Shown: positions 28,290 through 38,127 of the stretch, piece after piece
How the letters are laid out: each line of letters starts with the position of its first letter
How positions within the stretch are numbered: position 1 is the stretch's first letter
Program-made: the position numbers and the translations under genes
Notes under the pieces: model-generated
The model's input: only the letters and a program-made list of their open reading frames with translations
Databases searched by the model: none
What the model was told of the DNA's origin: nothing
Assembly: GCA_965649205.1 (NCBI GenBank)
Contig: CBFGJV010000005.1
Coordinates: 41,918-105,917 of the forward strand
Length of the DNA stretch: 64,000 bases
Source: a candidate division WOR-3 bacterium
GTDB lineage: Bacteria > Hydrothermota > Tepidihabitantia > Tepidihabitantales > Tepidihabitantaceae
Direction of reading: 5' to 3'

Positions 28290-29726
28290 CTAGCGTACGC
28301 GTCTAGTGTATTCGAAACGGGAAACCAGGCCGGGCAGGGCTATCCAGAGGTAACGTTCGTCCGCATAGAGACCGGTAATATGGGTGCTGGGCAGGCCGGT
28401 GGAAGCATCAATGGTGGTGCTGAAGAACGCGGGCTCCCCGGCCGAAGTACTTCGGTACACGGTAATGCCGGAGCCGTTGTCAAAGAATACGGTTTCTCCA
28501 TAGGCTGTCAGGTTGCTGACCGGTCTGCCCAAATTGAAGCCGGGCGGTATGATTTGTTGCCAATTGCCTTCTCTATCCCGCAGGAGTAATCCGCCCAGGG
28601 TGCCGAACCAGGTGAGTCCGCTTTCAGTCTGAGCAAGAGCATAAACCCCGAATCTGGTCCGTCCGAAAGGGTCCACCATTTCGGTCAGTTTGTCGCCTGT
28701 GGTTACATACAGTCCCATGTCTGTCCCGATGAGAATGGAATCGTTTAGTCGCCCCAGGGCATTTATTGATGTCTCTAGGTCAAGTATCCGGGTAAGGTCG
28801 CCGTGCGGGCCAAGGGCGTAAAGAGCTTCTTCTGTACCCAGCCAGGTGGTCAGAGATTCGGCCAGTATGGCGTTGATGCATTCCCGGCGTTGCAAGTCGC
28901 GCAGACCCCAGGAAAGGAGTCGGGAGCCAAAGCCGGGAAGGTCGCCTGGTTTGGTGCGGAAATAGGTCCAGTTTCCCTGCTGATCAACGGAGACGGTCCA
29001 CTCGTTGCCGGTGAGCCACAATTCGTCGTCAATACGGGTAATCCGGTTTACGCGGTCCGCGGTGGGGCCATAGCGGATGTGGTTGAGGGGCATGCCAAAA
29101 CTCAGTGAATACACGGTCACTCCGTAGTCTTTTGCCGCCACATACAGTCGGCGGCTGTAGGGGTCTTTGTACACCCGCGTCATTTTGTGGGTGTTCAGCT
29201 GGTGGTCGGTAAGATAGTAGGGAACAAGAAATACATAGTTTTCAGGTTTGGAGGTGTCACGTTGACCATACCAGAGCAGCTCTCCTTTTATGGAGGAAAC
29301 TCTTTCGTAGCGGTCCAAAAGACGTTCCTTGACGAATAGTCCCTGTTCGGTATCGAAGTAAGCTGCATCTTGGGCTATACCGATGGAGCGAACCTGCTGG
29401 AAAGGAGGCGAAAGTTTGGTGACACGGTCAGGGGTCTGCAGGTACTGGTACAGCCCGTTACTGGTGACGATGAAAAGGTCGCTGCGGATGGGGTTGTAGG
29501 CGCAGAGGCGCACGTCTCCGGACAGACCGTCAGCCGCCGTGAGGGTGCGCACCGGGCGCAAGGTCATTCTGTCCAGTACATACACGCCAGCCGGTACGGC
29601 TATGTATAGATTTTCCGGACTGGCGGTGATACAGCGAATATCATCCATGGCAGGATAGTGCATCCATTCGGAAGGGCGGTACAAAGTGAAGAAACTAATT
29701 AGGAAAAGGAAACTGGACAGATTCAT
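28290..29726 (-). CDS. Beta-propeller protein (two-component regulator propeller-like repeats)
   Basis: Repeated W.GT..GL, ADGL and GLPS.HI motifs; ATGA overlap with the nnr stop. Confidence 0.7.
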   Translation of the reverse strand: MNLSSFLFLISFFTLYRPSEWMHYPAMDDIRCITASPENLYIAVPAGVYVLDRMTLRPVRTLTAADGLSGDVRLCAYNPIRSDLFIVTSNGLYQYLQTPDRVTKLSPPFQQVRSIGIAQDAAYFDTEQGLFVKERLLDRYERVSSIKGELLWYGQRDTSKPENYVFLVPYYLTDHQLNTHKMTRVYKDPYSRRLYVAAKDYGVTVYSLSFGMPLNHIRYGPTADRVNRITRIDDELWLTGNEWTVSVDQQGNWTYFRTKPGDLPGFGSRLLSWGLRDLQRRECINAILAESLTTWLGTEEALYALGPHGDLTRILDLETSINALGRLNDSILIGTDMGLYVTTGDKLTEMVDPFGRTRFGVYALAQTESGLTWFGTLGGLLLRDREGNWQQIIPPGFNLGRPVSNLTAYGETVFFDNGSGITVYRSTSAGEPAFFSTTIDASTGLPSTHITGLYADERYLWIALPGLVSRFEYTRRVR

Positions 29727-31303
29727 GCGCACAGCCCTCTTGATTTCCTGTTACGGTTGTCCCGGCCGGTGAGGGTCCGGAATGCGGCGGGCAGGTAGTC
29801 AATCAGGTCTTCGGCACCCAGACAATACTCGGTGAGAGCGGGCACCGCGATGTCGGCGGCAAGACCATGCAGAAACACGGCTGCCACTGCGGCCTGGAAA
29901 GTACTTGCTCCTGTGGCCAGAATACCGGCCAGAAGTCCGGTCAGAACATCTCCCGTACCGCCGCTTGCCAGACCGCAATTGCCGGTGGAGTTCACGTACA
30001 CTTTACCGTCAGGCGTTCCGGTCACGGTTGGGGCTCCCTTGAGCACGAGGGTCTGATTCCATTCTTTGGCGAGTGTGCGAGTCAGGTTGATGCGGTCGGC
30101 GTTCACCCGGGCCGGCTCAATGCCGGTGAGCCGGGAGAGTTCGCCCGGATGAGGCGTGAGTACCGCACAGGCCCGCAGTTGCGGTATGAGAGAGGTATGG
30201 CTGGCCAGGATATTTAACGCATCAGCATCTATTACTACAGGTTTTGTGACTTGAAGGAGGAAATCACGCAGCAGTTCACTAGTCGAGGGATGAGTGGTAA
30301 GGCCAGGTCCGACAGCGACAGAGGTGGAAACTTCTGCCTGTTCCAGAAGCAGGGGGAGGGCGGAGGAAGAGATTGTATGCTCTTCGGTTTCGGGGAGGGG
30401 CAGTTTGATTGCCTCTACCACCCTGCCGGCGACAATGGGAGTAATACTCGCAGGAGTGGCCAGACGCACCAGTCCGCAGCCAGAACGCACCGCGGCCTTG
30501 CCAGCCAGGCAGGCGGCACCGGAAAAGCGGGGTGAACCGCAGATGAGAAGACAGGAACCAAAGGTTCCCTTATGCCCATCTGCAGGCCGGGGTGGAAGCA
30601 CAGAGCGGACATAATCGGCGTCAACCAGAAAAGTGTCGGCACCCTGATTCAGTAAGGCGGGCGGTATGCCGATGTCGGTTATGGCCAGTCTGCCGGTGTG
30701 GGCGGCAGCAGGAAAAAGTACGTGGCCGAATTTGGGCAGAGCCATAGTGACTGTCAGGTCGGCGTAAACTGCCGGCTCAAAGCTGTTGCCGGTGTCTGCG
30801 TCCACGCCGGAGGGCAAATCTACGCTTACCGTGTAACGTTTAGCTCTGTTGATGGCGGCTATGGCCTGTGCAAACAGTCCCTGGGGCGGCTGGGAAAGCC
30901 CGGTGCCGAAAATGGCATCAATTACGATGTCCGCCTGCTGGAGAATCGTTTCCAAGTCTGCGATATTGCTGAGCTCAATTATGCTTATACCCGCCTGGAG
31001 TAGTCTTTCCGCATTGGTACGAGCGTCTCCCTTCAGGTTTTTCAGGCTGCCCAGGAGCGTACACACCGGGTCTGCACCCTTTGCCTGCAGATAGCGGCAG
31101 CATACGAATCCGTCGCCACCGTTGTTGCCCGGACCACACACGACCGCAACTCGCTTGCCACGGAGGTTGCCCACTTCTTTTTCCAGATGTTCTATTACTC
31201 CGCGGCCGGCGTTTTCCATAAGTGTCAGACCGGGAATGCCCAGATTTTCTATGGCCTGCCGGTCAATTTCCTTCATTTGTCTGGCAGTGACAAGGCGGTA
31301 CAT
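29723..31303 (-). CDS. nnr: Bifunctional NAD(P)H-hydrate epimerase/dehydratase
   Basis: LMENAG, GPGNNGGDG, DAIFGTG, DLPSG, HKG.FG, IDADALN, TPH.GE and GGTGDVL motifs. Confidence 0.96.
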   Translation of the reverse strand: MYRLVTARQMKEIDRQAIENLGIPGLTLMENAGRGVIEHLEKEVGNLRGKRVAVVCGPGNNGGDGFVCCRYLQAKGADPVCTLLGSLKNLKGDARTNAERLLQAGISIIELSNIADLETILQQADIVIDAIFGTGLSQPPQGLFAQAIAAINRAKRYTVSVDLPSGVDADTGNSFEPAVYADLTVTMALPKFGHVLFPAAAHTGRLAITDIGIPPALLNQGADTFLVDADYVRSVLPPRPADGHKGTFGSCLLICGSPRFSGAACLAGKAAVRSGCGLVRLATPASITPIVAGRVVEAIKLPLPETEEHTISSSALPLLLEQAEVSTSVAVGPGLTTHPSTSELLRDFLLQVTKPVVIDADALNILASHTSLIPQLRACAVLTPHPGELSRLTGIEPARVNADRINLTRTLAKEWNQTLVLKGAPTVTGTPDGKVYVNSTGNCGLASGGTGDVLTGLLAGILATGASTFQAAVAAVFLHGLAADIAVPALTEYCLGAEDLIDYLPAAFRTLTGRDNRNRKSRGLCA

Positions 31304-31315
31304 CGATGACAAAGG

Positions 31316-31343
31316 ATTATAGGGTAGGGGTAGTGAGTGTCAA
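31316..31343 (-). promoter_or_regulatory. Consensus sigma70 promoter of the nnr operon
   Basis: TTGACA-16-TATAAT on the minus strand. Confidence 0.8.
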
Positions 31344-31382
31344 TCAGGCGGGAAAACCAGGCGGAAATCCCCGTATAAGCCA

Positions 31383-31411
31383 TTGACAAATTGGCCAGTC
31401 AAGGTTAGACT
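31383..31411 (+). promoter_or_regulatory. Promoter of buk-iorAB with overlapping TTGAC-N10-GTCAA inverted repeat
   Basis: TTGACA-17-TAGACT, then 7 nt to GTG 31419; inverted repeat at 31383-31402. Confidence 0.7.
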
Positions 31412-31418
31412 AGGCCAA

Positions 31419-32507
31419 GTGGTTATTCTCGCTGTCAATCCGGGTGGAACGTCCACCAAGGTGGCTGTTTTCAGAAACAGACGCCAGGTATTCAGCGAAA
31501 ATATCGAACATCCCACGGTTCAGCTGGGTAAGTACAAGATGGTACTGGACCAGTACCGTTTTCGGAAACAGACCGTGCTGGACGCTCTGAACAGCCATGG
31601 AATTGACCCGAAGACAATTGACGCCATAGTGAGCCGGGGCGGGCCGCTGCAGCCGGTTCCTGGCGGCGTGTACAGAATTACCCCGCGGGTAATTTCAGAC
31701 ATACGCCAAGGACGGGTGCAGACCATACATCCTTCTCTGCTGGGACCATTGGTGAGTCACGAGCTGGCAGAAGAACTTGGCGTGGAGGCGTACTTTGTGG
31801 ACCCGGAGTCCACAGATGAGTTCTGGGATGTTGCCCGCCCGACTGGTCTTAAGGGTATTTACCGAACCGCTCTTTCCCACGCACTTAGTTGCCGTACGGT
31901 AGCTAGGCAGGCCGCGAAACGGATAAAGAAACCATACGAGCAGTGCAATTTCGTGGTAGCGCATCTGGGTTCGGGCTTTACCATCGCCGCGCATCTGCAG
32001 GGCAGACAGGTGGATGCGACGAATGCAAACGAGGACGGGCCTTTCTCGCCCCAGCGGGCCGGCACTTTGCCTTCGTCCGGGCTGATAAGGCTTTGTTTTT
32101 CCGGCCGGTACTCAGAACGGGATGTACTGGACCTGGTGCAGAGACGGGGCGGTCTGGTTTCTTATTTCGGAACCGATGATTTCCGGGTTCTGGAGGACCT
32201 GGTGCAGAAAGGCAACAAGATGGCGGAGACTGTGTATGAGGCGATGGTGTACAACATAGCGAAGTACATCGGTGCCTATGCGGTGCTGGCGCGTGGCAAA
32301 CTGGATGGCGTGCTGGTGACAGGAGGACTGGCTAAGTCAAAGCGTCTGGTGGTTGATTTGCGCCGGTGGGTAGGACATCTGAGTCCCCGTTTTCTGGTTT
32401 TTCCCGGAGAGGAAGAAATGCCGGCGCTGGTGTTTCGTCTGTTGTCTGCACTTGCCGGGGAGGAGAAAGTGAAGGTGTATGAAAAAGAGATTACTTTCAG
32501 GCGATGA
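31419..32507 (+). CDS. buk: Butyrate / branched-chain carboxylic acid kinase
   Basis: ILAVNPGGTSTK, RGG, HAL, AHLGSG, GPFSP.RAG.L, TGGLA and PGE.E motifs. Confidence 0.93.
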   Translation: MVILAVNPGGTSTKVAVFRNRRQVFSENIEHPTVQLGKYKMVLDQYRFRKQTVLDALNSHGIDPKTIDAIVSRGGPLQPVPGGVYRITPRVISDIRQGRVQTIHPSLLGPLVSHELAEELGVEAYFVDPESTDEFWDVARPTGLKGIYRTALSHALSCRTVARQAAKRIKKPYEQCNFVVAHLGSGFTIAAHLQGRQVDATNANEDGPFSPQRAGTLPSSGLIRLCFSGRYSERDVLDLVQRRGGLVSYFGTDDFRVLEDLVQKGNKMAETVYEAMVYNIAKYIGAYAVLARGKLDGVLVTGGLAKSKRLVVDLRRWVGHLSPRFLVFPGEEEMPALVFRLLSALAGEEKVKVYEKEITFRR

Positions 32508-34218
32508 AGCAATAGCCCGTGGCGCCTGGGAAGCAGGTTGTCGCGTGGCCGCAGCCTATCCCGGGACGCCTTCAACCGAAATCCTGGAAAATCTGGCCGA
32601 GTACAAGCAAGTATACTGCGAATGGTCTGTCAACGAAAAGGTAGCCCTGGAAGTAGCGCTGGGAGCTTCTATCAGTGGTGCACGGGCCCTGGCCGCGATG
32701 AAGCATGTGGGTCTGAACGTGGCGGCCGACCCGTTGTTTTCCTCTGCCTATATCGGAGCGCGAGGCGGGCTGGTGGTAGTTACAGCCGACGATCCGGGTC
32801 TGCATTCTTCCCAGAACGAGCAGGATAACCGTTTCTACGGACTGGCGGCCAAGCTGCCTGTCTTGTGTCCGGCAGACAGTCAGGAGTGCAAGGACTTCAC
32901 CAGGCTGGCCTTTGACATTTCTGAGCAGTATGACATTCCTGTGCTTATCCGGATTACCACCCGCGTGGCACATTCCAGTTCGGCGGTGGAACTGGGAGAA
33001 AGAGAAGAGCGTCCCCCCAAGGGTTATGAGAAACTGATTACCAAGAACATCATTCTTCCCGCATTTGCGAAGAAGCGACACGCGGATTTGGAACTGAGGC
33101 TGGACCGGTTACGCGAATATGCTGAGAGCACGCCGATAAATCGAAGTGAGCCCGGAGAAAAGAAACTGGGTATCATCTGCGACGGTGTAGCCTACCAGTA
33201 TGCCCGCGAGGTTTTTCCCCAAGCGTCGGTTCTGAAGCTGGGAATGGTGCACCCGTTCCCGGCGGAACTGGTGCGCAGGTTTGCCGCGGGCGTGGAGCAG
33301 TTGGTGGTGGTAGAAGAAGGGGATCAGTTTCTGGAGTTGCAGGTGCGGGCCCTGGGGTTTACTCCGGTGGGTAAGGGTACGTTGCCCAGATGGGATGAGC
33401 TTAGTCCGGCAGTGATACGCAAGTCCCTGAGTGGATTTCTGGACGGAGAAAGCGGAAGATTAGACGGACATAAACCTGAGCCCAATATTCCTCCCCGGCC
33501 GCCGGCGCTATGTCCGGGTTGTCCGCACACTGGTATTTTCTATGCGCTGCAGAAGCAGCCGTTGATAATCGGAGGGGATATAGGATGCTATACGTTGGGT
33601 GCGTTGCCGCCGCATAATGCGATGGATACTTGCATTGACATGGGTGCTTCCATCACCTTTGCCCACGGCTGCGACAAGGCGCTGGGCAACACGGATGCAA
33701 GAAGACGGGTGGCGTTTATCGGTGACTCCACGTTCTTCCATTCGGGCATCACCGGGCTTTTGAATACGGTGTATAACAAGGCGGATGTGGTAACCATCAT
33801 TTCGGATAACCGCACCACCGGGATGACTGGTCATCAGGAACATCCCGGCACCGGGAGGACGTTGCAGGGAGAGGAAACAGCCGTCATTGAGCTGGAAGCC
33901 ATAGCTCGGGCCTGCGGGGTCAAGAATGCAGTTACAGTTGACCCCTATCAGGTGCGGGAGACAAGAAAGAAGGTAAGGGAAGTGCTGAAGCAGCCGGGGC
34001 CGGCGGTGATAATATCGCGCCGCGCCTGTGCTCTGCATATACGGCTGCATAATCCCCCCAAAAAGGTTGACCGAGAGAAGTGCATCGGGTGCAAGACGTG
34101 TCTGGCACTCGGCTGTCCGGCGCTGACTATGGTGGAGGGCAAGTCTTTCATTCAGGATACGGTGTGCGTGGGCTGCGGAATGTGCGCGGATGTGTGTCCC
34201 AAGGGAGCTATAGCATGA
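32479..34218 (+). CDS. iorA: Indolepyruvate:ferredoxin oxidoreductase alpha subunit
   Basis: YPGTPSTE, NEKVALE, MKHVGLNVAAD, CPGCPH, GDIGCY and GDSTFFHSG motifs; C-terminal 2x[4Fe-4S]. Confidence 0.96.
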   Translation: MKKRLLSGDEAIARGAWEAGCRVAAAYPGTPSTEILENLAEYKQVYCEWSVNEKVALEVALGASISGARALAAMKHVGLNVAADPLFSSAYIGARGGLVVVTADDPGLHSSQNEQDNRFYGLAAKLPVLCPADSQECKDFTRLAFDISEQYDIPVLIRITTRVAHSSSAVELGEREERPPKGYEKLITKNIILPAFAKKRHADLELRLDRLREYAESTPINRSEPGEKKLGIICDGVAYQYAREVFPQASVLKLGMVHPFPAELVRRFAAGVEQLVVVEEGDQFLELQVRALGFTPVGKGTLPRWDELSPAVIRKSLSGFLDGESGRLDGHKPEPNIPPRPPALCPGCPHTGIFYALQKQPLIIGGDIGCYTLGALPPHNAMDTCIDMGASITFAHGCDKALGNTDARRRVAFIGDSTFFHSGITGLLNTVYNKADVVTIISDNRTTGMTGHQEHPGTGRTLQGEETAVIELEAIARACGVKNAVTVDPYQVRETRKKVREVLKQPGPAVIISRRACALHIRLHNPPKKVDREKCIGCKTCLALGCPALTMVEGKSFIQDTVCVGCGMCADVCPKGAIA

Positions 34219-34808
34219 ATCTGGTGGTGTGCGGAGTAGGCGGGCAGGGAGCGGTGCTGTTTTCCGAGCTTCTTTCGCAGGTGGCACTGGCAGCAGGGCT
34301 GGATGTGAAAAAGAGCGAGGTGCACGGAATGGCGCAGCGGGGCGGAAGCATCACCACCCATGTGCGGTTTTCCTCCAAGGTGTATTCTCCTCTGGTGGAT
34401 CAGGGAACGGCAGATTTTCTGGTTGCCTTCGAGAAACTGGAAGCGGTGCGTTATGTGCATTATCTGGCTGAGGAAGGACAGTTGCTCTACGACACTCGTC
34501 GACTGGACCCTCTGCCAGTACAGTTGGGATTAGTGGAGCGTCCGACAGATGCCTGGCTGGACGAGCGTCTGGCTGCAAGAGCGCGCAGGCGTCTGGCAGT
34601 ACCTGCCTTTGAAATTGCCCGCCGACTGGGTGAGCCGCGGGTGCAGAATGTGGTGATGCTGGGAGCTCTGGCAAGATTTCTGCCTTTTCCGGCTGATTCT
34701 TATCGCGACGCAATCAGACTTCTGGTGAAGCCTAGGCTGGTGGATTTGAACATCGCCGCCTTTGAGCAGGGGATGGACGCGGTCCAGACGAAACAAGAGA
34801 CACCCTAA
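34215..34808 (+). CDS. iorB: Indolepyruvate:ferredoxin oxidoreductase beta subunit
   Basis: GVGGQG and SEVHGMAQRGGS; start overlaps the iorA end. Confidence 0.95.
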   Translation: MNLVVCGVGGQGAVLFSELLSQVALAAGLDVKKSEVHGMAQRGGSITTHVRFSSKVYSPLVDQGTADFLVAFEKLEAVRYVHYLAEEGQLLYDTRRLDPLPVQLGLVERPTDAWLDERLAARARRRLAVPAFEIARRLGEPRVQNVVMLGALARFLPFPADSYRDAIRLLVKPRLVDLNIAAFEQGMDAVQTKQETP

Positions 34809-34860
34809 GACCCAGGTACAGTTTTTTCCTGCGCGTAGCAGTTTTTAGCCGCAAAGGCGG

Positions 34861-35793
34861 TCAGGCGGTTTGTCGCACAACAGAGCGGAAAAGACGGATT
34901 TTTTCGGCAACAAGCTGCGTAACCGCGTCGCGGGCCAGACCCAGATACTCGCGCGGGTCAAACCTGTCCGGATGCTTGGCGAGATGATGACGGATTTCGG
35001 CGGTAAAGCTAAGACGCAGGTCGGTGTCAACATTGACCTTGTTGATGCCCAGAGCGATTGCTCGCAAAAGCTGTTCTTCCGGCACGCCGCTGGCGCCGGA
35101 GATTTTCATACCGGAGTCCAGACAGCGCTGGATAACAGAGCGCGGTACGCTGGAGGCGCCATGCAATACTAAAGGCAGACCACCGGTCGTCTCCTTTACC
35201 CGCTGCAGCCGGGCGAAGTCCAGCTGTGGTTCTCCGCGGAATTTGAAGGCACCGTGACTGGTACCTATGGCCGGAGCCAGAGAATCGATGCCTGTTTCTT
35301 TAACGAAGACAGCTGCTTGTTCCGGATCAATCAGCACGGCATCACGTTCAGCCACAGTTACGTTGTCTTCGGTTCCTACCAGCCGGCCCAGTTCTGCTTC
35401 TACTGCGGCTCCGGTCTTGCGCGCCATCGCCACCACCAGCTTTGTCCGGGCGATGTTTTCTGTAAAAGGCAGGTCAGAGGCGTCAATCATTACCGAGGTG
35501 TAACCCATTTCCAGACAACGCTGTATGAGCGTGAGGTCGCGTCCGTGGTCCAGATGCAGACAGAGCGGTACGTTACTGTGCGCGGCAGCCGTGCGGGCGA
35601 GAGCCACTATGTTTTCCAGCCCGGCGTAGCGTATTGCTCCCTCGGTAGTGGCGAGAAAAACGGGGGAATGAGTGTGTTCTGCCGCGGCACAGATAGCTTG
35701 CAGAAACTCCAGGTTGTTGAAATTGAAGGCGCCGAGCGCGTAACCGTTCCGGTTGGCTTCTGCCAGAAGTTCGCGGCCCGAAACAAGATTCAC
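34861..35793 (-). CDS. fba: Class II fructose-1,6-bisphosphate aldolase
   Basis: GAFN, HLDHG, SVMIDAS, EAELG, GTSHGA.K, LVLHGAS and KVN.DTD motifs; GTGA overlap with the upstream gene. Confidence 0.95.
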   Translation of the reverse strand: MNLVSGRELLAEANRNGYALGAFNFNNLEFLQAICAAAEHTHSPVFLATTEGAIRYAGLENIVALARTAAAHSNVPLCLHLDHGRDLTLIQRCLEMGYTSVMIDASDLPFTENIARTKLVVAMARKTGAAVEAELGRLVGTEDNVTVAERDAVLIDPEQAAVFVKETGIDSLAPAIGTSHGAFKFRGEPQLDFARLQRVKETTGGLPLVLHGASSVPRSVIQRCLDSGMKISGASGVPEEQLLRAIALGINKVNVDTDLRLSFTAEIRHHLAKHPDRFDPREYLGLARDAVTQLVAEKIRLFRSVVRQTA

Positions 35794-36719
35794 AGCGAGA
35801 GAGGAGTGACAGTAATTTGCGGAAGCAGCTCTTGGATATCCTTCTCGCGGCACAGGCCGGTACCGGGCGTCAGGGTGGCGGCGGTGCCTGCTGCCACGGC
35901 CCAGCGCAGGCATTCGGCCGGCGGGGCGTGTTCTACCAGGCCTTTTATGAATCCGGCCACAGCGCAGTCTCCAGCTCCAACCGTGCTTTTTACTTCCACC
36001 TGCGGCGGACGGGCGTGCAGAACCTGCTCCTTGCTTACGAGGATAATGCCTTCCGCGCCGAGGGACACCAGCACAGTGCCGACCCGGTCAAGGATAGTGC
36101 GACTGAAGTTGACTATGGCCGCAAAGTCAGGCAGCGGAGTGCCGGCCAGCTCGCTGAGTTCTTCCCGGTTCGGCTTTATGTAGGCCGGCCGGGCCAGCAG
36201 GCTGTGACGAAGCGCAGAGCCGGATGTATCCAGCAGTACGGTCGCCTTTTTTTCGTTGCCCAGTTGCACCAGCCGGCGGTACACCTCCGGGGTGAGACCA
36301 CGGGGCAGAGAACCGGAAATCACCAGAAACGTCAAATCCTGCAGGCCGCTGACTTTTTCCACAAAGTCCAAGAGTTCGGTGGGTGCAATCTCGGGCCCCT
36401 GAGCCAGAAGGGCCGTTTCCTGGCCGGTGGAGGTTTCCTGGATGATTATATTGGTTCTGGTTTCGGATACGATTCTGGTAAAGTCACAGGTGATGCCTTC
36501 GTTCAGCAGTCGGCCTTCAAACTCTTTGCCGTCAAAACCGCCTACGAAACCAAGCGCAACTGACGGTACGCCCATAACCAGCAAGGCACGGGAAACATCT
36601 ATGCCCTTGCCGCCGGCGTAACGTTCTTCGCGCATGACCCGGTTTGTCCTGCGGGTTTCCAGCTTCTCGACGTAGAGGGTGCGGTCGAGAGCAGGGTTGA
36701 GAGTGACTGTGTATATCAT
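35790..36719 (-). CDS. 1-phosphofructokinase-family hexose kinase (PfkB)
   Basis: TVTLNPALD, GGKGI.VS, ETRTN, SGSLP.G, IKPN..EL and STVGAGD motifs. Confidence 0.93.
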   Translation of the reverse strand: MIYTVTLNPALDRTLYVEKLETRRTNRVMREERYAGGKGIDVSRALLVMGVPSVALGFVGGFDGKEFEGRLLNEGITCDFTRIVSETRTNIIIQETSTGQETALLAQGPEIAPTELLDFVEKVSGLQDLTFLVISGSLPRGLTPEVYRRLVQLGNEKKATVLLDTSGSALRHSLLARPAYIKPNREELSELAGTPLPDFAAIVNFSRTILDRVGTVLVSLGAEGIILVSKEQVLHARPPQVEVKSTVGAGDCAVAGFIKGLVEHAPPAECLRWAVAAGTAATLTPGTGLCREKDIQELLPQITVTPLSL

Positions 36720-36747
36720 CGGGTAGGGTTTTTTGTTTCCTCTGGTC

Positions 36748-36777
36748 ATTCTAGAATTGACGCAGGGAAGTGTCAAT
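36748..36777 (-). promoter_or_regulatory. Promoter of pfkB-fba with overlapping ATTGAC-N10-GTCAAT inverted repeat
   Basis: TTGACA-17-TAGAAT on the minus strand; inverted repeat at 36756-36777. Confidence 0.7.
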
Positions 36778-37155
36778 CTGTTGCTTTGTTCAGACCGAAC
36801 AGGCGGAACTGGGTGCGGGGACAGGATGAGGAGCCGGGGTATGTGCCTGTCGGGCCTAAGGTCCTAAGGTCGTTGCTTCAGGGGAATAGTATCGTCTCTG
36901 CAGTTCAGCGAGCTTTCTGCCAGCCTGCCAAGATAGCCGTGCGGCGGATGGCGGCTTCCTTGATTCTGGCTTGGGCTTGAGGAACTGACCAGCGGCAGAT
37001 ACCGCAGGCTGCATCGTACCCGAAGTTGAGTGGAGTCCGGAGCAGAAACGGGCTGCCTGTTCTCTGAATTTTTTGCCAGACCGAAGGGAATACGGCTAGC
37101 TGGTTGGCAAGGCAAGAGAGTCAGATGACCTATTTGAGAACCACAGGGTACGTGA

Positions 37156-37208
37156 GGGGGGGGCAACGGCTGGGGGAGTGGCTGGGGGAGCTGGGGAGGG
37201 GGTAGAAT
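37156..37208. repeat. Short G-tract array with 12-bp period; G-quadruplex-compatible
   Basis: ggctgggggag at 37168 and 37180; five G-runs of 4-8 nt. Confidence 0.55.
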
Positions 37209-37269
37209 GCGGTTTTGCCTATCTCTTTGCAGGTACGGGAGTTAGCCGATAGGAAGACAGGGCGGAGAA

Positions 37270-37287
37270 TAATACTCATGAGTATTA
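37270..37287. promoter_or_regulatory. Perfect 18-bp palindrome, candidate operator
   Basis: TAATACTCATGAGTATTA, about 250 bp upstream of the rubrerythrin operon. Confidence 0.5.
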
Positions 37288-37535
37288 GGGGCAAGGGAGA
37301 AGAAGCGGTGGGGCGGGTGCTGCAAGGCGCGCAATACGGCGAGTATCTGTGTGGCGGCGAGATTTGGCTTGTCGGGTGATTTTTTGATTCTGGCAGAAGA
37401 ATAGATTTGGCTGATAACTATCAGGGAATCTTTCCGGGCGGGAAAGTAGTCTATACTCTAGCCACGATGCTTTTTATATGGTATAATTACTGCATAAATT
37501 ATGTTGGCACAAACCCCAAACAAAAAGGAGTAACA

Positions 37536-38108
37536 ATGAGTTTGAAAGGAACTAAAACCGAAAAAAATCTGCTCACAGCTTTTGCCGGTGAATCTCAGGC
37601 CCGGAATCGTTATACCTACTGGGCCAATCAGGCACGAAAGGACGGCTATATGCAGATAGCCGACATATTTGAGGAAACCGCCAACCAGGAAAAGGAACAC
37701 GCCAAGCGTTTCTTCAAGTTTCTGGAGGGTGGCGAAGTGGAAATCCAGGCGGCTTTTCCAGCCGGGGTCATTGGCACCACCGCAGACAATCTGCGGGCTG
37801 CTGCTGCGGGTGAGCACTACGAATGGTCGGAGATGTATCCCGGCTTTGCCAAGGTCGCCGAGGAGGAAGGATTTCCCGAGATAGCGGCTGTTTTCCGGGC
37901 GGTGGCAGTGGCGGAGAAGCAGCACGAGAAACGGTACAACGACCTGCGGCAGAATGTGCTGCAGGGTCGGGTATTCAAGCGGGAACAGCCGGTAGTGTGG
38001 CGCTGTCGGAATTGCGGCTATCTGCATACCGGCACCGAGGCGCCCAAGGTGTGCCCTGCCTGTGCTCACCCGCAGGCGTATTTTGAGCTGCTGGGCGAAA
38101 ACTGGTGA
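37536..38108 (+). CDS. rbr: Rubrerythrin
   Basis: [18 protein letters not shown] and AEKQHE motifs; C-terminal WRCRNCGY...CPACAHP; SD AAGGAG. Confidence 0.97.
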   Translation: MSLKGTKTEKNLLTAFAGESQARNRYTYWANQARKDGYMQIADIFEETANQEKEHAKRFFKFLEGGEVEIQAAFPAGVIGTTADNLRAAAAGEHYEWSEMYPGFAKVAEEEGFPEIAAVFRAVAVAEKQHEKRYNDLRQNVLQGRVFKREQPVVWRCRNCGYLHTGTEAPKVCPACAHPQAYFELLGENW

Positions 38109-38127
38109 AGCAAGAGGAACAAAGCAT

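Noticed and set aside
36786..37060. Third capsid-like remnant (…VLRSLLQGNSI…ASLILAWA)
   Set aside because: Motif spacing does not match the two paralogs; the resemblance is too weak to support.
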